The notes: generated from the sequence alone by a model not told the origin. Positions 20,536-31,684 are shown, numbered from the stretch's first letter. The stretch: 64,000 nt of DNA from an uncultured virus (IMG/VR IMGVR_UViG_3300037067_020960) (IMGVR_UViG_3300037067_020960); one strand, 5' to 3'. Numbers and translations: made by a program.

Positions 20536-21291
20536 ATGAAAGAGATAGAAGATCACATAGCATACGAAATATGTCCATTTAGAAAAAGAACAACTTTAGA
20601 AAAGGAAAAAGAAATTGCCCAAAATGGCCAACTTTCTTACCTTTATGCTCTTAGAAGTTTAAGAAAAAGATTTCCTGAAGGTGAATCGGTAATTATAAGA
20701 GATGGTTACTATATTATGTATGCTTCCCATGTTATTAAGGGACGTTGGCCAGAAGCTGAAGCGATAATTAAAACTGCTGAAAATGCTTATTATTATGCAA
20801 AACTTGTTATTAATCTAGAACATACGGGTATAAGATTTCCTGAAGGTGAATTGACAATTTCAAAAAGCGCAAAATATTCTGTTATGTACGCAAAATTGAT
20901 CGAATCTCGTTTTGAACTTGGTGAATTAGCAATAGCAAAATCAAAAAATAAAAAATTAATTCAAGATTATTCTATATTTTTATTACCAGAATCAGAAATT
21001 GCGAAAAATGCGAAATTAAGCTATCAATATGCTCTTTTTGTTTTAAAAGGAAAAAGATTCTTTTTAGGAGAACCAACAATTCAGAAAAATAATACTTGGA
21101 ATTATAATTATGCAAATTATATTATCAAAGGTCGTTGGCCTGAAATAGAATCTATACTTGTTAAAAATGTAGATCATCTCATGCATTATTTTCGTGGTGC
21201 TTTAAAAAGAAAAAAATATCCCTTTATTGAAAATGCTATTTTAAAATATCCTGAATTATATAAAGAATATTTAGAAACGGCACAGAATTAA
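20536..21291 (+). CDS. 24-aa helical repeat protein, divergent paralog B
   Basis: About 6 repeats of YAxxxxKxR(F/W)PE(G/A)E; AAGGAG RBS. Confidence 0.8.
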   Translation: MKEIEDHIAYEICPFRKRTTLEKEKEIAQNGQLSYLYALRSLRKRFPEGESVIIRDGYYIMYASHVIKGRWPEAEAIIKTAENAYYYAKLVINLEHTGIRFPEGELTISKSAKYSVMYAKLIESRFELGELAIAKSKNKKLIQDYSIFLLPESEIAKNAKLSYQYALFVLKGKRFFLGEPTIQKNNTWNYNYANYIIKGRWPEIESILVKNVDHLMHYFRGALKRKKYPFIENAILKYPELYKEYLETAQN

Positions 21292-21333
21292 AATCAGATT
21301 GTTTTTGCGAGTACCGTTTAAAATTTCTTCATA

Positions 21334-23106
21334 ATGATACCAGCACGATCAACTGAACAAATAGAACAAGCGATTAAAGAAGATATTCGCGATAATCGTC
21401 CAGATTTCGACTTAGAATCTGGTCCGATGCACGATGTTGTGGTTACGCCACAAGTTTCTTTAATTAAAAAAGTAGAAGATGATATTGAACATGCAAGTGA
21501 ATTAACTTCATTGAAATATTGGGATCAATTCTCAACTACTGAATTAGATGATTTTGCAGGAACTTATGGGATCACTAGACTTCAAGGACTAAAAGGAAGA
21601 ACAATTATCGCATTTGTAATGTATAACAAACCACAATCAGATATAAATATTCCTGCTGGCACAATTGTAAGTTTGCCTCCTGATCAAAAAATAAATGGTG
21701 AAAGTTTTAATTTTGCTACAATTGATGCTATTTTTTATCATGCAGTAGAATGCGATCAATTTTGCCAAGCTTCTGGAAATATTAAAAAATGGATTTTTAC
21801 TACTCCTGCTCAAGCGGTGAAAGCTGGATCATATTCAAATGGTGTTCAACCAAGAAAATTAACTCATTGCACTTTAGTTACTGGAATTGGTGAAATCTAT
21901 AATACCATTACTACTCGTGGTGGTACTGATATAGAAGATAATGAACATTTTGCCAATAGAATTTTATCTATAATGGGATACAACTCTATATTGACTCCAG
22001 AAGGGCTCAAAAAGTTCATATACGATAGTTTCCCTGATCAGGTTATAGATATCACCGTTGTCAAAGGAAATAAGGTTGCCAGAGCTCCCAATGTAAAGCA
22101 AGCTATTGATATTTATGTGATTGGTGAATATATGAAAAGTAAAGAAGAAACCTTTACATATGATGGATCTAGAAAATATAAAATGATTATGCAACCAGCT
22201 CTAGATATTTCTTCAGTTGTTGGAAATATCAACTACGCTGTTAATACTGACTATCGGTTAAGTAAAGATATTGCTAGTTTTTATCTTCCTGGATTAAATA
22301 ATTTTACACAAGAAGGTGCTGTGTCCGGTTCAATCAAATCAAATGATTCTCTTGTTTGGAATTTAACTACTGGGGGTAATATTCCTACAGTAAGTGAATC
22401 TATTGCAATCAAATATGCTTACAATGCTTTGATTCGTGATATTCAAGAAAAATTACAAGATGAATTAGATTTTATCGCTGTAGATGTTCTTGTAAGAGAA
22501 GGCATTATTGTTCCTATTTATATGGGATTTACTGTGACTTTAAAATCTATTTCTTATGATTCAAATACAGTTTATCAGAACATAGTGACTTCAATCCAAA
22601 AATATATCAATAAGAATAAATTTGGAGATAATTTAGCAACTTTAAACACAGATAAGATGCTGGATACAATTTTAAAAGAAGTTAGTGGAATTAACACAAT
22701 TAATCTTGATTATTTTAATAGAGAAAAGCATTTAGTTGTTACAATATCTGATGAAATAAATTTATCACTTAAAAGAGTTGGAAAAACGATTGAATTAAAA
22801 TGGAATTATGGAATAAGAGCTTCCGAAATTATCAATACTGATTCGGTAGGAATTTATCGTTCAGAAGATAATGGAATTACTTATACATTGATTAATACAG
22901 TGAGTGCTGCGCAATTAACATTTTTTGATGAACCAAATACTACAAATTTAGTTTACAAAATAGTGGTCACTACATCTTCAAAAGTTTTTAATTCAAATTT
23001 AGCAGATACATATTCAAATAAACCAAAAAGGATTGAAGAGATTGTATTGAAAGATGCAGAATATTCTTATACAGATTCAGAATTTATAAATGTGAGATTT
23101 ATATAA
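21334..23106 (+). CDS. Baseplate J-like / wedge protein
   Basis: LDDFAGTYGITR, IPAGTIV, A..AG..SN, GGTDIEDNEHFANR. Confidence 0.85.
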   Translation: MIPARSTEQIEQAIKEDIRDNRPDFDLESGPMHDVVVTPQVSLIKKVEDDIEHASELTSLKYWDQFSTTELDDFAGTYGITRLQGLKGRTIIAFVMYNKPQSDINIPAGTIVSLPPDQKINGESFNFATIDAIFYHAVECDQFCQASGNIKKWIFTTPAQAVKAGSYSNGVQPRKLTHCTLVTGIGEIYNTITTRGGTDIEDNEHFANRILSIMGYNSILTPEGLKKFIYDSFPDQVIDITVVKGNKVARAPNVKQAIDIYVIGEYMKSKEETFTYDGSRKYKMIMQPALDISSVVGNINYAVNTDYRLSKDIASFYLPGLNNFTQEGAVSGSIKSNDSLVWNLTTGGNIPTVSESIAIKYAYNALIRDIQEKLQDELDFIAVDVLVREGIIVPIYMGFTVTLKSISYDSNTVYQNIVTSIQKYINKNKFGDNLATLNTDKMLDTILKEVSGINTINLDYFNREKHLVVTISDEINLSLKRVGKTIELKWNYGIRASEIINTDSVGIYRSEDNGITYTLINTVSAAQLTFFDEPNTTNLVYKIVVTTSSKVFNSNLADTYSNKPKRIEEIVLKDAEYSYTDSEFINVRFI

Positions 23107-23115
23107 AGGAGTATT

Positions 23116-24342
23116 ATGAACTTATCTCAACTAATTAAAATAGCATCTGATTATAAACCATTAGAATATTTACTGACACTTCCAGTAATGAAGAAGATTG
23201 AAATGACAGGAGAAGATGGAACCAAATTTACTACAACAGGAAAAAGAGGATTATATAATTATCAAAATAAAAGAAATCTTACTCTTCAAGAATTAATTCA
23301 ATTGCTTCCGATTCAAAAATACCAATTCCAAATAGAATTTGAATCAGAAGAAAGAGAAGAAAATATATTAGAAGAAACCATGATGTTGTATGATATCATG
23401 AAGGAACATCCAAGACCAAATATTGAAAAGCAAATAAAATTTTTAGAAATTGAGATAGCTAAAGATCCTGAATTATCTTATAAACATTCTCATTTTGGTC
23501 TTCATGATAGGTTCCCATTAGGAGAGCCTGTAATTGCTACAAGTGATAATTGGTCTTATTGGTATGCTTGTGATCATGGAAAATTTCCATTAGGAGAACC
23601 TGTAATGGCAAAAAATGTTAATACTTGTTATTTATATGCTCGAGATGCTCTTCATGATAGGTTTTTATTAGGAGAACCAGTTATAGCTCAAAGTGCTGAA
23701 TATGCTTGTTATTATGCTCGAGATGTTATTAAAGGAAGATTTCCATTAGGAGAATCTGCGATAGCTCAAAGTGCTACATATGCATGTCAGTATGCTAGAA
23801 ATGTTATTAAAGAAAGATTCCCATTAGGAGAACCTGTAATTGCTCAAAGTGCTCATTTGGCATATTATTATGCCAGAGATGTCATTAAAGGAAGATTCCC
23901 ATTAGGAGAACCTGCGATAGCTAAAGATGCTCTATATTCTTATTATTATGCTCGAGATGTTCTTCATGATAGGTTTTCATTAGGGGAACCAGCAATTGCT
24001 AAAAATCCGCCATATTCTGAAGATTTAAGTTTTCTTTTAGACGGAAAAGGAATTACTAAAGATTTAAGTAAAGAATACAGCAAAATATTTTTCAAGACAC
24101 ACGAAATAGATTTTAAATCTAAATCTTTAAATAAATATAATGAATTTAGAGATTTATATATTCACCAATTGAAGATTAAATTCCCTGAATGGATTAAGAT
24201 TCCATTAGAATTTCAAGAAGGATATTTATTATATAGAAGTAATGGAGGGAAAAATTTAAATCCTACTTCAAAAATCCTTGAAAAATGGAAAATAGCAAAA
24301 GAAAAAATTGATAAATTAGAGGGAGGAATACGCGATGAATAA
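23116..24342 (+). CDS. 24-aa helical repeat protein, paralog C (7 repeats)
   Basis: YARDV(IKG/LHD)RFPLGEPxIA repeats; shares the N-domain with 14180. Confidence 0.85.
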   Translation: MNLSQLIKIASDYKPLEYLLTLPVMKKIEMTGEDGTKFTTTGKRGLYNYQNKRNLTLQELIQLLPIQKYQFQIEFESEEREENILEETMMLYDIMKEHPRPNIEKQIKFLEIEIAKDPELSYKHSHFGLHDRFPLGEPVIATSDNWSYWYACDHGKFPLGEPVMAKNVNTCYLYARDALHDRFLLGEPVIAQSAEYACYYARDVIKGRFPLGESAIAQSATYACQYARNVIKERFPLGEPVIAQSAHLAYYYARDVIKGRFPLGEPAIAKDALYSYYYARDVLHDRFSLGEPAIAKNPPYSEDLSFLLDGKGITKDLSKEYSKIFFKTHEIDFKSKSLNKYNEFRDLYIHQLKIKFPEWIKIPLEFQEGYLLYRSNGGKNLNPTSKILEKWKIAKEKIDKLEGGIRDE

Positions 24343-24577
24343 AATCAATTTTGATTTCACTATCACTTTTACGAATTTTACAGGATTCATTATCTTAATG
24401 ATTGCAGTTTATGCTCTATTTGTAAGAGGCATGGAAATTGCTACTCCTTTATTCACAGTAGGAGTAACATTGGTCACTGGCGGGAAAATTGTTAATATGT
24501 TTGAAAAAAATAATGAGAAAAAGTTAGAATTTCAAAACAAAGAGCTCCAGTTAAGATATTCTGATAAAAAAATCTGA
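24335..24577 (+). CDS. Small two-TM protein, holin-like
   Basis: Two hydrophobic segments and a charged C-tail; no endolysin recognised nearby. Confidence 0.4.
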   Translation: MNKINFDFTITFTNFTGFIILMIAVYALFVRGMEIATPLFTVGVTLVTGGKIVNMFEKNNEKKLEFQNKELQLRYSDKKI

Positions 24578-24623
24578 TTTAAACTTTTTACTTTACGGTA
24601 TACTTAATTTAAAAGGAGAGAAT

Positions 24624-24974
24624 ATGAAAAAAAGATCATGGTTTTTAGGATTATTTCTTGCAATCCTTATGATTGCGGGATGCAATTTAACAAGTGGTGA
24701 CCTTGCGACAAAAGTCACGCAAATAAAAGATACTTTTGTAAAGTCTTATGTAGTTGTTGGCCAAACAATTCCAGTTCTTGAAGAAATTGAGAAATTGGAA
24801 TATATCAAACCAGAAATTAAAGACAAAATTGTTTTGGTGATTGATGGATTAAAAGTTGTTTATGAAAAAATTGGATCAATTGCTACATTTTTAGGTATTG
24901 ATGTTTCAGCTTCTAAAGATATAAAAGATTTACAAGCTTCTATAGAAGATCTAAAAATTTGTAAAGTTAATTAA
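24624..24974 (+). CDS. Lipoprotein
   Basis: MKKRSWFLGLFLAILMIAG|C lipobox; AAGGAG RBS. Confidence 0.75.
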   Translation: MKKRSWFLGLFLAILMIAGCNLTSGDLATKVTQIKDTFVKSYVVVGQTIPVLEEIEKLEYIKPEIKDKIVLVIDGLKVVYEKIGSIATFLGIDVSASKDIKDLQASIEDLKICKVN

Positions 24975-25013
24975 TATATGATTTGAAATTTTTATAAAAA
25001 GATATAAAAATCC

Positions 25014-25277
25014 TCATATACAAATCAATTTCGAATTTTGATTCATATACATTTCAAGAAAATTGGTCAGAATTTCTGACCAATTTTCTACTTGGGTAAA
25101 CCATTTACCCATAATTCTTTTAGCAATATTTATTGCTGAATTTAAATCTCTGTCAATTTCTATAAATTTATTCAATCTTACTCTTCTTATACTCAAATCA
25201 GAATTAAATTCTCTCTTTCCTGTTAAACAATTCTCTTGTGAAGTGTAAGCTTCATTTACTTTATAAAAATCTAATAC
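25014..25277 (-). pseudogene. tnpB: TnpB (IS200/IS605) C-terminal remnant
   Basis: KVNEAYTSQENC...LSIR...IDRDLNSAINI (RuvC-III), with an in-frame stop upstream and no start. Confidence 0.85.
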
Positions 25278-25551
25278 TTAAATTTTACATTAGTGATAAA
25301 TTATTTTTATTTTATTATTGAAAAGTAAAGAAAAATTTTTTCTCTTAAAACCAGTTTACCAATTTTCTAAAAGTGTTTGATCTGCTCTCTTACCCTCGTG
25401 TCATAAGGTTATACGATTTTATAAAAATAAAATTTTTTCAGGTATTTATAATCAGGACTTAAAATTAAAAAAGTTAGAAAAAAGTTGAAAAATATGGACC
25501 AAAAATTTTCAAAACTAAATTCAATGTTATTATCTTGGAGGATTATATTTT

Positions 25552-28092
25552 ATGTTTAAGACTCAGTTAGCATATGACAATTGGAAATCAAAATATCGTT
25601 ATGGAAAAGAAGAACCAATTGATACTTGGAAACGAGTAGCAAAATTTCTAGCATCAGTTGAAAAAGATCAAGATTATTGGACAGATAAATTTTTAAATAC
25701 GATAGTAAATTTTGATTCTAATAGAAATCCAATTGGATTAAAATGTACTCCTGGCGGGAGAATTACTGCGAATGCCGGAACCTCTTTTAAAACTGCAACA
25801 TTGGTAAATTGTTATGTCAATGGTCCAGTTACAAATGCTAAGATTTCTTATACGAGAACAAATTATACAAAAGAAGTTTCTTATCCTGTTGAAATAGTAA
25901 CTTCTGAATCTCCTGATAATCTTAATAATATTTTCTTAACGATTTTAGAACAAGCTAAAACTTTGGCATCTGAAGGTGGCTATGGAATCAATTTTAGTTT
26001 TATTCGTCCACGAGGTGCTCTCATTAATGGCGTTGGCATTCGTCATCCTGGAGTTGTTTCGTACATGCAAATTTGGGATGCAGCTTCAGAATGCATTGTC
26101 AAAGGCGATACAGATGGGTATAAAGATAAAATAAAAAATTATTTGTCTAAAGAAAATACTGACACTCTTAAAAAAATTGTGAAACAAATGGCTCGTAAAG
26201 GTGCCATGATGGGCGTTCTAGATATTAGTCATCCGGATATTGAAGAATTTGTGAAAGCAAAACAATCTTCTGGTAAATTAACAAAATTTAATATCTCAGT
26301 GGCTGTAGATGATAAATTTATGATTGCTGTTGAAACAGATGATTTTTATGATTTATCTTTTGGTGGAAAAGTGTTTAAAAAAATCAAAGCTCGTGAACTC
26401 TACAATCTGATCATGGAATCTACTTATAATAGAGCAGAACCAGGAATCATTTTTGTTGATAATGCTCATAAAAATAATCCTGTGAGTTATTTAGGAAAAT
26501 GTAATGCTTCCAACCCTTGCGGCGAAGTAATGGGTCTTGCAGATATCACATCAGTTTGTTTATTAGGGTCTGTTAATCTTACACAATATGTAAAAAAAGA
26601 TAGAACTTTTGATTTTGATCTTTACAAAGAAGATGTGAAGATTTTTACACGTATGTTAGATAATGTGAATGATTTAACATCTAATCCTTTGAGTTCATAT
26701 CAATGGGCTGTTAAGAATCTTCGTCAAATTGGCATGGGATTAAATGGTCTTGGGTCTGCATTAATCATGATGGGATTAAAATATGCATCTCTTGAGGCAA
26801 AAGATTTCATTAAAAAAGTTTGTTCATTAAAAGAAGATCTTACTTGGCAAACTTCTGCCGAATTAGCAGTAGAAAAAGGTGTTGTGTCTGTTTATAATAA
26901 AAAGAAATTCTTAAATACAGAATATTTTAAATCTTCCAGAATTACACAAAAAACAAAAGATTTAATTGAAAAAAACGGCGTAAGGAATTGCAAGACAACT
27001 ACTTACCCACCCAATGGGAATGCTTCGATTCTGAGTGATAATGTTTCAAATGGAATCGAACCAATTTTTAATCTTGAATATGAAAGAATTGTAATTACAT
27101 CTGAATGGCCAGAAGGCATGAATAAAGATAATGTTCAACAATTATTAAAACATAATAAGAAAAAAGATTACGAATATTGGAAAGACGAATACAAAGGAAA
27201 ACTTTATTATTACGAACCACATAATAGAGGTCTTTGCACTGTTTCGATAATTCGTGATTATGGATATCAATGGATTTTGGATAATTTTCCTGCAGAAAAA
27301 GCTGCCGAATATTTATCTACTACGACAAATTTATCAGTTCAAGATCATATAGATGTGCAAGAGATTGTTCAATATTATTGCAATCAATCTGTTTCAAAAA
27401 CTGTAAATCTTCCAAATGATTATTCTTTTGAAGATTTTAAAAATCTTTATATTGATGGATGGAAGAAAGGATTGAATGGATTAACTACGTATCGTGAAGG
27501 TTCTATGGAATCTGTAATTTCTAGCATTAAAAAAGCTGAAAAGTCTCGCGAAATTATGAAAACTGATATAAAACTTCCAGATGTATTTGTAAATGGTCCA
27601 ACGACAATCATTAAAAGAGAAGGCAAAAAGTTTTATATTCATTTTAGTTATTTACCCGAAGATGCGCAAATGAAATTTCCTGTTTGTTTATGGATTTATA
27701 CAAATGCTTCTTCAAAAGGTGCTTTAAAATTATGTAATAAAGCAGCAAAAGAATTGGCGAATCTTGCTCGTGGATTAGGAATTGAAAAATCTATAGTTGA
27801 AGCTGCTACAGAAAAAGCAGAAGATGATGAACCACATAACAAACTTGGGCGAATGATATCACTCAATTTAAGACATAATGTCCCAATTGAAAAAATTTAT
27901 GAGACTCTTTGTCATATTAATGGTGATAATATTTCTTCATTATTAACTGCAATCAGAAAATTTATTGCATCTGGAATGCCTGATGGAACAATAATCAAAG
28001 GGTATAAATGTCCTGACTGCAAAGGAGAAAATGTGATTCTAGAGAGTGGGTGTAAGAAATGCAGAGATTGCGGATTTTCAGGGTGTTCGTGA
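25552..28092 (+). CDS. nrdJ: Class II (adenosylcobalamin-dependent) ribonucleotide reductase
   Basis: PGGRITANAG, NCYV, GGYGINFS, NPCGE, CLLGSVNL, SKTVNLP, TTYREGS, C-terminal CPDC..GC..C..CG.S.C; no nrdB partner seen. Confidence 0.88.
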   Translation: MFKTQLAYDNWKSKYRYGKEEPIDTWKRVAKFLASVEKDQDYWTDKFLNTIVNFDSNRNPIGLKCTPGGRITANAGTSFKTATLVNCYVNGPVTNAKISYTRTNYTKEVSYPVEIVTSESPDNLNNIFLTILEQAKTLASEGGYGINFSFIRPRGALINGVGIRHPGVVSYMQIWDAASECIVKGDTDGYKDKIKNYLSKENTDTLKKIVKQMARKGAMMGVLDISHPDIEEFVKAKQSSGKLTKFNISVAVDDKFMIAVETDDFYDLSFGGKVFKKIKARELYNLIMESTYNRAEPGIIFVDNAHKNNPVSYLGKCNASNPCGEVMGLADITSVCLLGSVNLTQYVKKDRTFDFDLYKEDVKIFTRMLDNVNDLTSNPLSSYQWAVKNLRQIGMGLNGLGSALIMMGLKYASLEAKDFIKKVCSLKEDLTWQTSAELAVEKGVVSVYNKKKFLNTEYFKSSRITQKTKDLIEKNGVRNCKTTTYPPNGNASILSDNVSNGIEPIFNLEYERIVITSEWPEGMNKDNVQQLLKHNKKKDYEYWKDEYKGKLYYYEPHNRGLCTVSIIRDYGYQWILDNFPAEKAAEYLSTTTNLSVQDHIDVQEIVQYYCNQSVSKTVNLPNDYSFEDFKNLYIDGWKKGLNGLTTYREGSMESVISSIKKAEKSREIMKTDIKLPDVFVNGPTTIIKREGKKFYIHFSYLPEDAQMKFPVCLWIYTNASSKGALKLCNKAAKELANLARGLGIEKSIVEAATEKAEDDEPHNKLGRMISLNLRHNVPIEKIYETLCHINGDNISSLLTAIRKFIASGMPDGTIIKGYKCPDCKGENVILESGCKKCRDCGFSGCS

Positions 28093-28124
28093 AATTATTC
28101 TTTTTGTAAAGTAAAATTTTCTTT

Positions 28125-29135
28125 ATGAATGAAAATTATCATTTAATTCAAAAAATCGAAAATAAACCAATCACATTTCTTTATACAGTGCCATCATATG
28201 ATATGGTTGTGGTGAATCCACATAATAATAATATAGATCCGATGATTTCTTTCACATTAATTAAAAAAAACAATTTATATTATGTATTAAATGAATCAGC
28301 TCAATCTTTGAATGAATTCGTAACCAATCATAAAGATATTACGTGGCTGCTCGACTTCGAATTTTATGAAAAAAAAGAATCTTTAATTAATTTAGAAGAT
28401 ATTTTAGATGATGAACGTAAATTACAATCGTTTTTTTCTTTAATGAGAAGAAAACCAAACAAAGAAGTCTTAAAATATTTTTTTGATAATTTTTATAAAT
28501 ACACACAATCAAAATATGTGTATCGAACCATTATTGAATTTTGTTCATATTTTAAAATAAAAATTCCTGAAGAATATGAAAGAAAAATAGAATCTAATGA
28601 TTTAAGGAACTATGCTATCAGCTTAATAAAAAATAATTACGAAGTAACTGATTCATTAATAAAAGAATTGAAAGCTTATCAATGCGTTGAATGCGTGCAT
28701 ATGTATTTAAACCAACAAAAAATGCCCAAACAACAATTTGTGGATAAGATATTTGATGGAACGGACGCTTTGATTTATGATTTTTTTGAAACCTTATTTC
28801 AGGGATCATCGAAAATTACAACAGAAAAATTTTTATATAAATTTTTAACACCGATAATAGCGTTCATCTATGCTTTAGAACATTATAACAGAATGTTTAA
28901 ATTTGTTCCTGAAATTTTTTATGAAAAAATGTCCGTAGATAAAAAATTGGTTTATGAATATTTGATGTGCATCACACATTTAACACACACAGATAGTCAT
29001 CTTGAATTTCCTCTAAGACTTATGGATGTTATTTCTAAAGATCAATTTTACATGAATAAATTAAAAGAAAAAATTCCTCAAGAAAAATTAGAACAAGCAT
29101 TCGGAATGTTTTTATTATTTGGAAAGAAATCGTGA
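28125..29135 (+). CDS. Hypothetical helical protein; N-domain resembles that of the 24-aa repeat proteins
   Basis: KPITFLYTVP..FTL.KK.NLY..N..SL.E..W..DFEF aligns by eye with KPLEYLLTLP..FT..GKRGLY..N..TL.E..Y..QIEF. Confidence 0.6.
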   Translation: MNENYHLIQKIENKPITFLYTVPSYDMVVVNPHNNNIDPMISFTLIKKNNLYYVLNESAQSLNEFVTNHKDITWLLDFEFYEKKESLINLEDILDDERKLQSFFSLMRRKPNKEVLKYFFDNFYKYTQSKYVYRTIIEFCSYFKIKIPEEYERKIESNDLRNYAISLIKNNYEVTDSLIKELKAYQCVECVHMYLNQQKMPKQQFVDKIFDGTDALIYDFFETLFQGSSKITTEKFLYKFLTPIIAFIYALEHYNRMFKFVPEIFYEKMSVDKKLVYEYLMCITHLTHTDSHLEFPLRLMDVISKDQFYMNKLKEKIPQEKLEQAFGMFLLFGKKS

Positions 29136-30988
29136 ACTTATCAACCATTAAAATAAATAAATTTGGCAGTGCTACTCAATTAGATTTGATTACAGAAATT
29201 GTAGAATTCGATCATGGATTGGACACTGTCAAAACAACTGAGCATCATCAATTAGAATTTCCAGAAGTCACACAAGAAGTTGTAGATAATTCTTTAATGT
29301 TCTTTCATTCAGATCTCGATATGACAAAAATTTCTACATCTACGATTTCTCCTTTTTCAGCCAATAATAAATTACGTTTGAATATCATAGATAAAATGGT
29401 TTCATTTTCAAATACAAAAATGAGAGTGATTCGTAAATCAAAAACTCCTACTGTTAGTGCGTATCCTGTTGATAATGCTCAAGGATATAGTTATACATAT
29501 TCATCTGAAATTCCTGCTGATTATCATTGGGATTTAGTAGAGAATGGGATTACATGGAAAACTCATTGGAATTATAAAAAAGTTTATGAAGATACATCGT
29601 ATCATGATGAAAAAAATCAAATTTGGTATCATTGTGTAATCAATAATAATTCTATTAATTACGATATTGCAATAGAACTTATTGCTGACACAGGAATTTA
29701 TAGATCTGATTGGTATAATGTGACTCCTGGAGCAACTCAATATATTCCAATGAAAGATATTCCAATCATAGATGAAAGTATATTGAAAAATTATTATGAT
29801 GTTGGCTCAGCTGGTTTGGTCGTTACATCTTATGAATCAACAAACGATCGATTGAAATTGGTTCTTAGTAGAGATTTTAGTACTAAAACTTGTGGAGCAA
29901 TTATTGAATGTTCTAATGATTTATTTTTAACAACAGGAGAATTCATTCTTTCATCAACTTCAGCTACAACTAATTACATCAATGATTCTGATTGGGTATT
30001 CGATTATACACGAACTTTGAATACATACACATCGGGTGCTGCGATTGATTTTGATATACCAGTAATTTCTTCAGAAACAAGCAATCCGTTCACTGCTTTG
30101 GATATGAGATTAATTTATAAAGATACTGGTGGAGCGGGAGATTCATTTGATTGGAGGTTATCTGGCACGTCGTATACGATCAGTACTTCAGGCACCGCCG
30201 AAGTGGTTAAGGTAGCAGATATTTTGATCTCTGGCGATCCCAATGAAGCTTACACACTCCACATAGAAAATATAATAAATAAGGCAGCGATAGTTGGTGT
30301 AGAAGTAGTGAGAAAACGAGTAGGTTACTATGATTCTATCATAATTCAAGGATATTCTGATACTCAACAAGATTTTGATACTGTATTCGGAATTACACAT
30401 AGTTCAGCTTTTGATCATAGATATGCGTATGACAGAAAATGGTTAAGATCAGAAGAATCATTAATTTCAAGTGCAAATTGGTTGATGAAGCGTTCTTTAC
30501 CTTCGGGACAAAGTTTAACAACTACTGTGACATCTCATGTTGATTTGAATGTTGAATACGTTTTATCATCTGTGACCAATTTTTTTCCAACACCAATCAT
30601 AGAATATACATTTGGTACTAATGATATGACAGCTGTTAATGATTGGTATTTTCGTGAATATCGAGGCGATCAATATAAGGATATTGTTCATGCAAGAAAT
30701 GCTGGTAAGATTGTTTCTGTAATTCAAACTGTAAATCTGGAAAATTCGACAAAATTTCAATTCAAAGGATTAGGAAATTCAGCGGATTCAAAATATTTTT
30801 ATTTACAATCATTTAAAACAACTTATTTGAAATTCACAGATTTTAATCCTGTAGGAAACAAAATAGATTTTTATTCAGTAATTGAACCTACGGGACAAAG
30901 TTTTATATTAGGAAAAGAAAAATTAAAATTTTTGATAAAGAGTGTAGTTGCACAAGATATAAAAAATTCTGATATTTTAGGTGGATAG
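29132..30988 (+). CDS. Putative virion structural protein
   Basis: S/T/Y/D-rich beta-type composition; GTG start overlapping the previous stop. Confidence 0.55.
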   Translation: MNLSTIKINKFGSATQLDLITEIVEFDHGLDTVKTTEHHQLEFPEVTQEVVDNSLMFFHSDLDMTKISTSTISPFSANNKLRLNIIDKMVSFSNTKMRVIRKSKTPTVSAYPVDNAQGYSYTYSSEIPADYHWDLVENGITWKTHWNYKKVYEDTSYHDEKNQIWYHCVINNNSINYDIAIELIADTGIYRSDWYNVTPGATQYIPMKDIPIIDESILKNYYDVGSAGLVVTSYESTNDRLKLVLSRDFSTKTCGAIIECSNDLFLTTGEFILSSTSATTNYINDSDWVFDYTRTLNTYTSGAAIDFDIPVISSETSNPFTALDMRLIYKDTGGAGDSFDWRLSGTSYTISTSGTAEVVKVADILISGDPNEAYTLHIENIINKAAIVGVEVVRKRVGYYDSIIIQGYSDTQQDFDTVFGITHSSAFDHRYAYDRKWLRSEESLISSANWLMKRSLPSGQSLTTTVTSHVDLNVEYVLSSVTNFFPTPIIEYTFGTNDMTAVNDWYFREYRGDQYKDIVHARNAGKIVSVIQTVNLENSTKFQFKGLGNSADSKYFYLQSFKTTYLKFTDFNPVGNKIDFYSVIEPTGQSFILGKEKLKFLIKSVVAQDIKNSDILGG

Positions 30989-31030
30989 AATGACAAATAT
31001 TTCTGAAACATTAAAAGAAAAGAAATCTCA

Positions 31031-31684
31031 ATGGTAAAATTTACTGTCGATTATCTTAAAAATCTTTTTCAACATAACATCATGTGGCAAGATGCTAAAA
31101 AGAATCTGGATTTCTTAGATTCTTATGCCGAAAAAGATCCCAAAGCAATCGAAGAATTTCTTTCCACAATGGAACAAGCATACGATAAAGTTGTTCAGCT
31201 CATTGGAAATGTCCATTTCAAAGAAAAAGATTTACTTGGACGTTTACTAGAATGGAATGATATACCAAGCAATATTCATGATTTCTTTCCAGTCCCTGTG
31301 TATATATCTTCTGGTTCATCTGATGGAGATTCGATTGGAATCATGTTGTTTGAAGATGGTAAAAAAGAATTATTTGAAGGTAATACAGAAGCATCAGATG
31401 AAACTTATAAAATTGTAAATGAATTATTGGGAGTTGCTGATAAATGGGTAAAAATATATGCTCAACATGGAGTAAGGATAATACGACTTATTGAACGCAC
31501 TCAAAAGATTCCTGAAGGTATTTATGTGTCGCCTCGTAGAGATGTTGCTGAAGGATATTGGCATATCACAGAAGAAAAATATTTGTTTTCGTGTGAAATT
31601 CAAGAAAAATATGTCAGAAAAGAATCCGATATTGATTGGAAAATAATTGAAGATTGCAAAATGAGAAATTTTAAGATTCTTTAG
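31031..31684 (+). CDS. Hypothetical protein
   Basis: 217-aa ORF; the true start may be the out-of-frame ATG at 30990. Confidence 0.6.
   Translation: MVKFTVDYLKNLFQHNIMWQDAKKNLDFLDSYAEKDPKAIEEFLSTMEQAYDKVVQLIGNVHFKEKDLLGRLLEWNDIPSNIHDFFPVPVYISSGSSDGDSIGIMLFEDGKKELFEGNTEASDETYKIVNELLGVADKWVKIYAQHGVRIIRLIERTQKIPEGIYVSPRRDVAEGYWHITEEKYLFSCEIQEKYVRKESDIDWKIIEDCKMRNFKIL

Noticed and set aside
14225..23357. Diversity-generating retroelement TR/VR pair
   Set aside because: Mismatches include T/C changes rather than being adenine-specific, both copies are coding 5' ends, and no reverse transcriptase is in the window.
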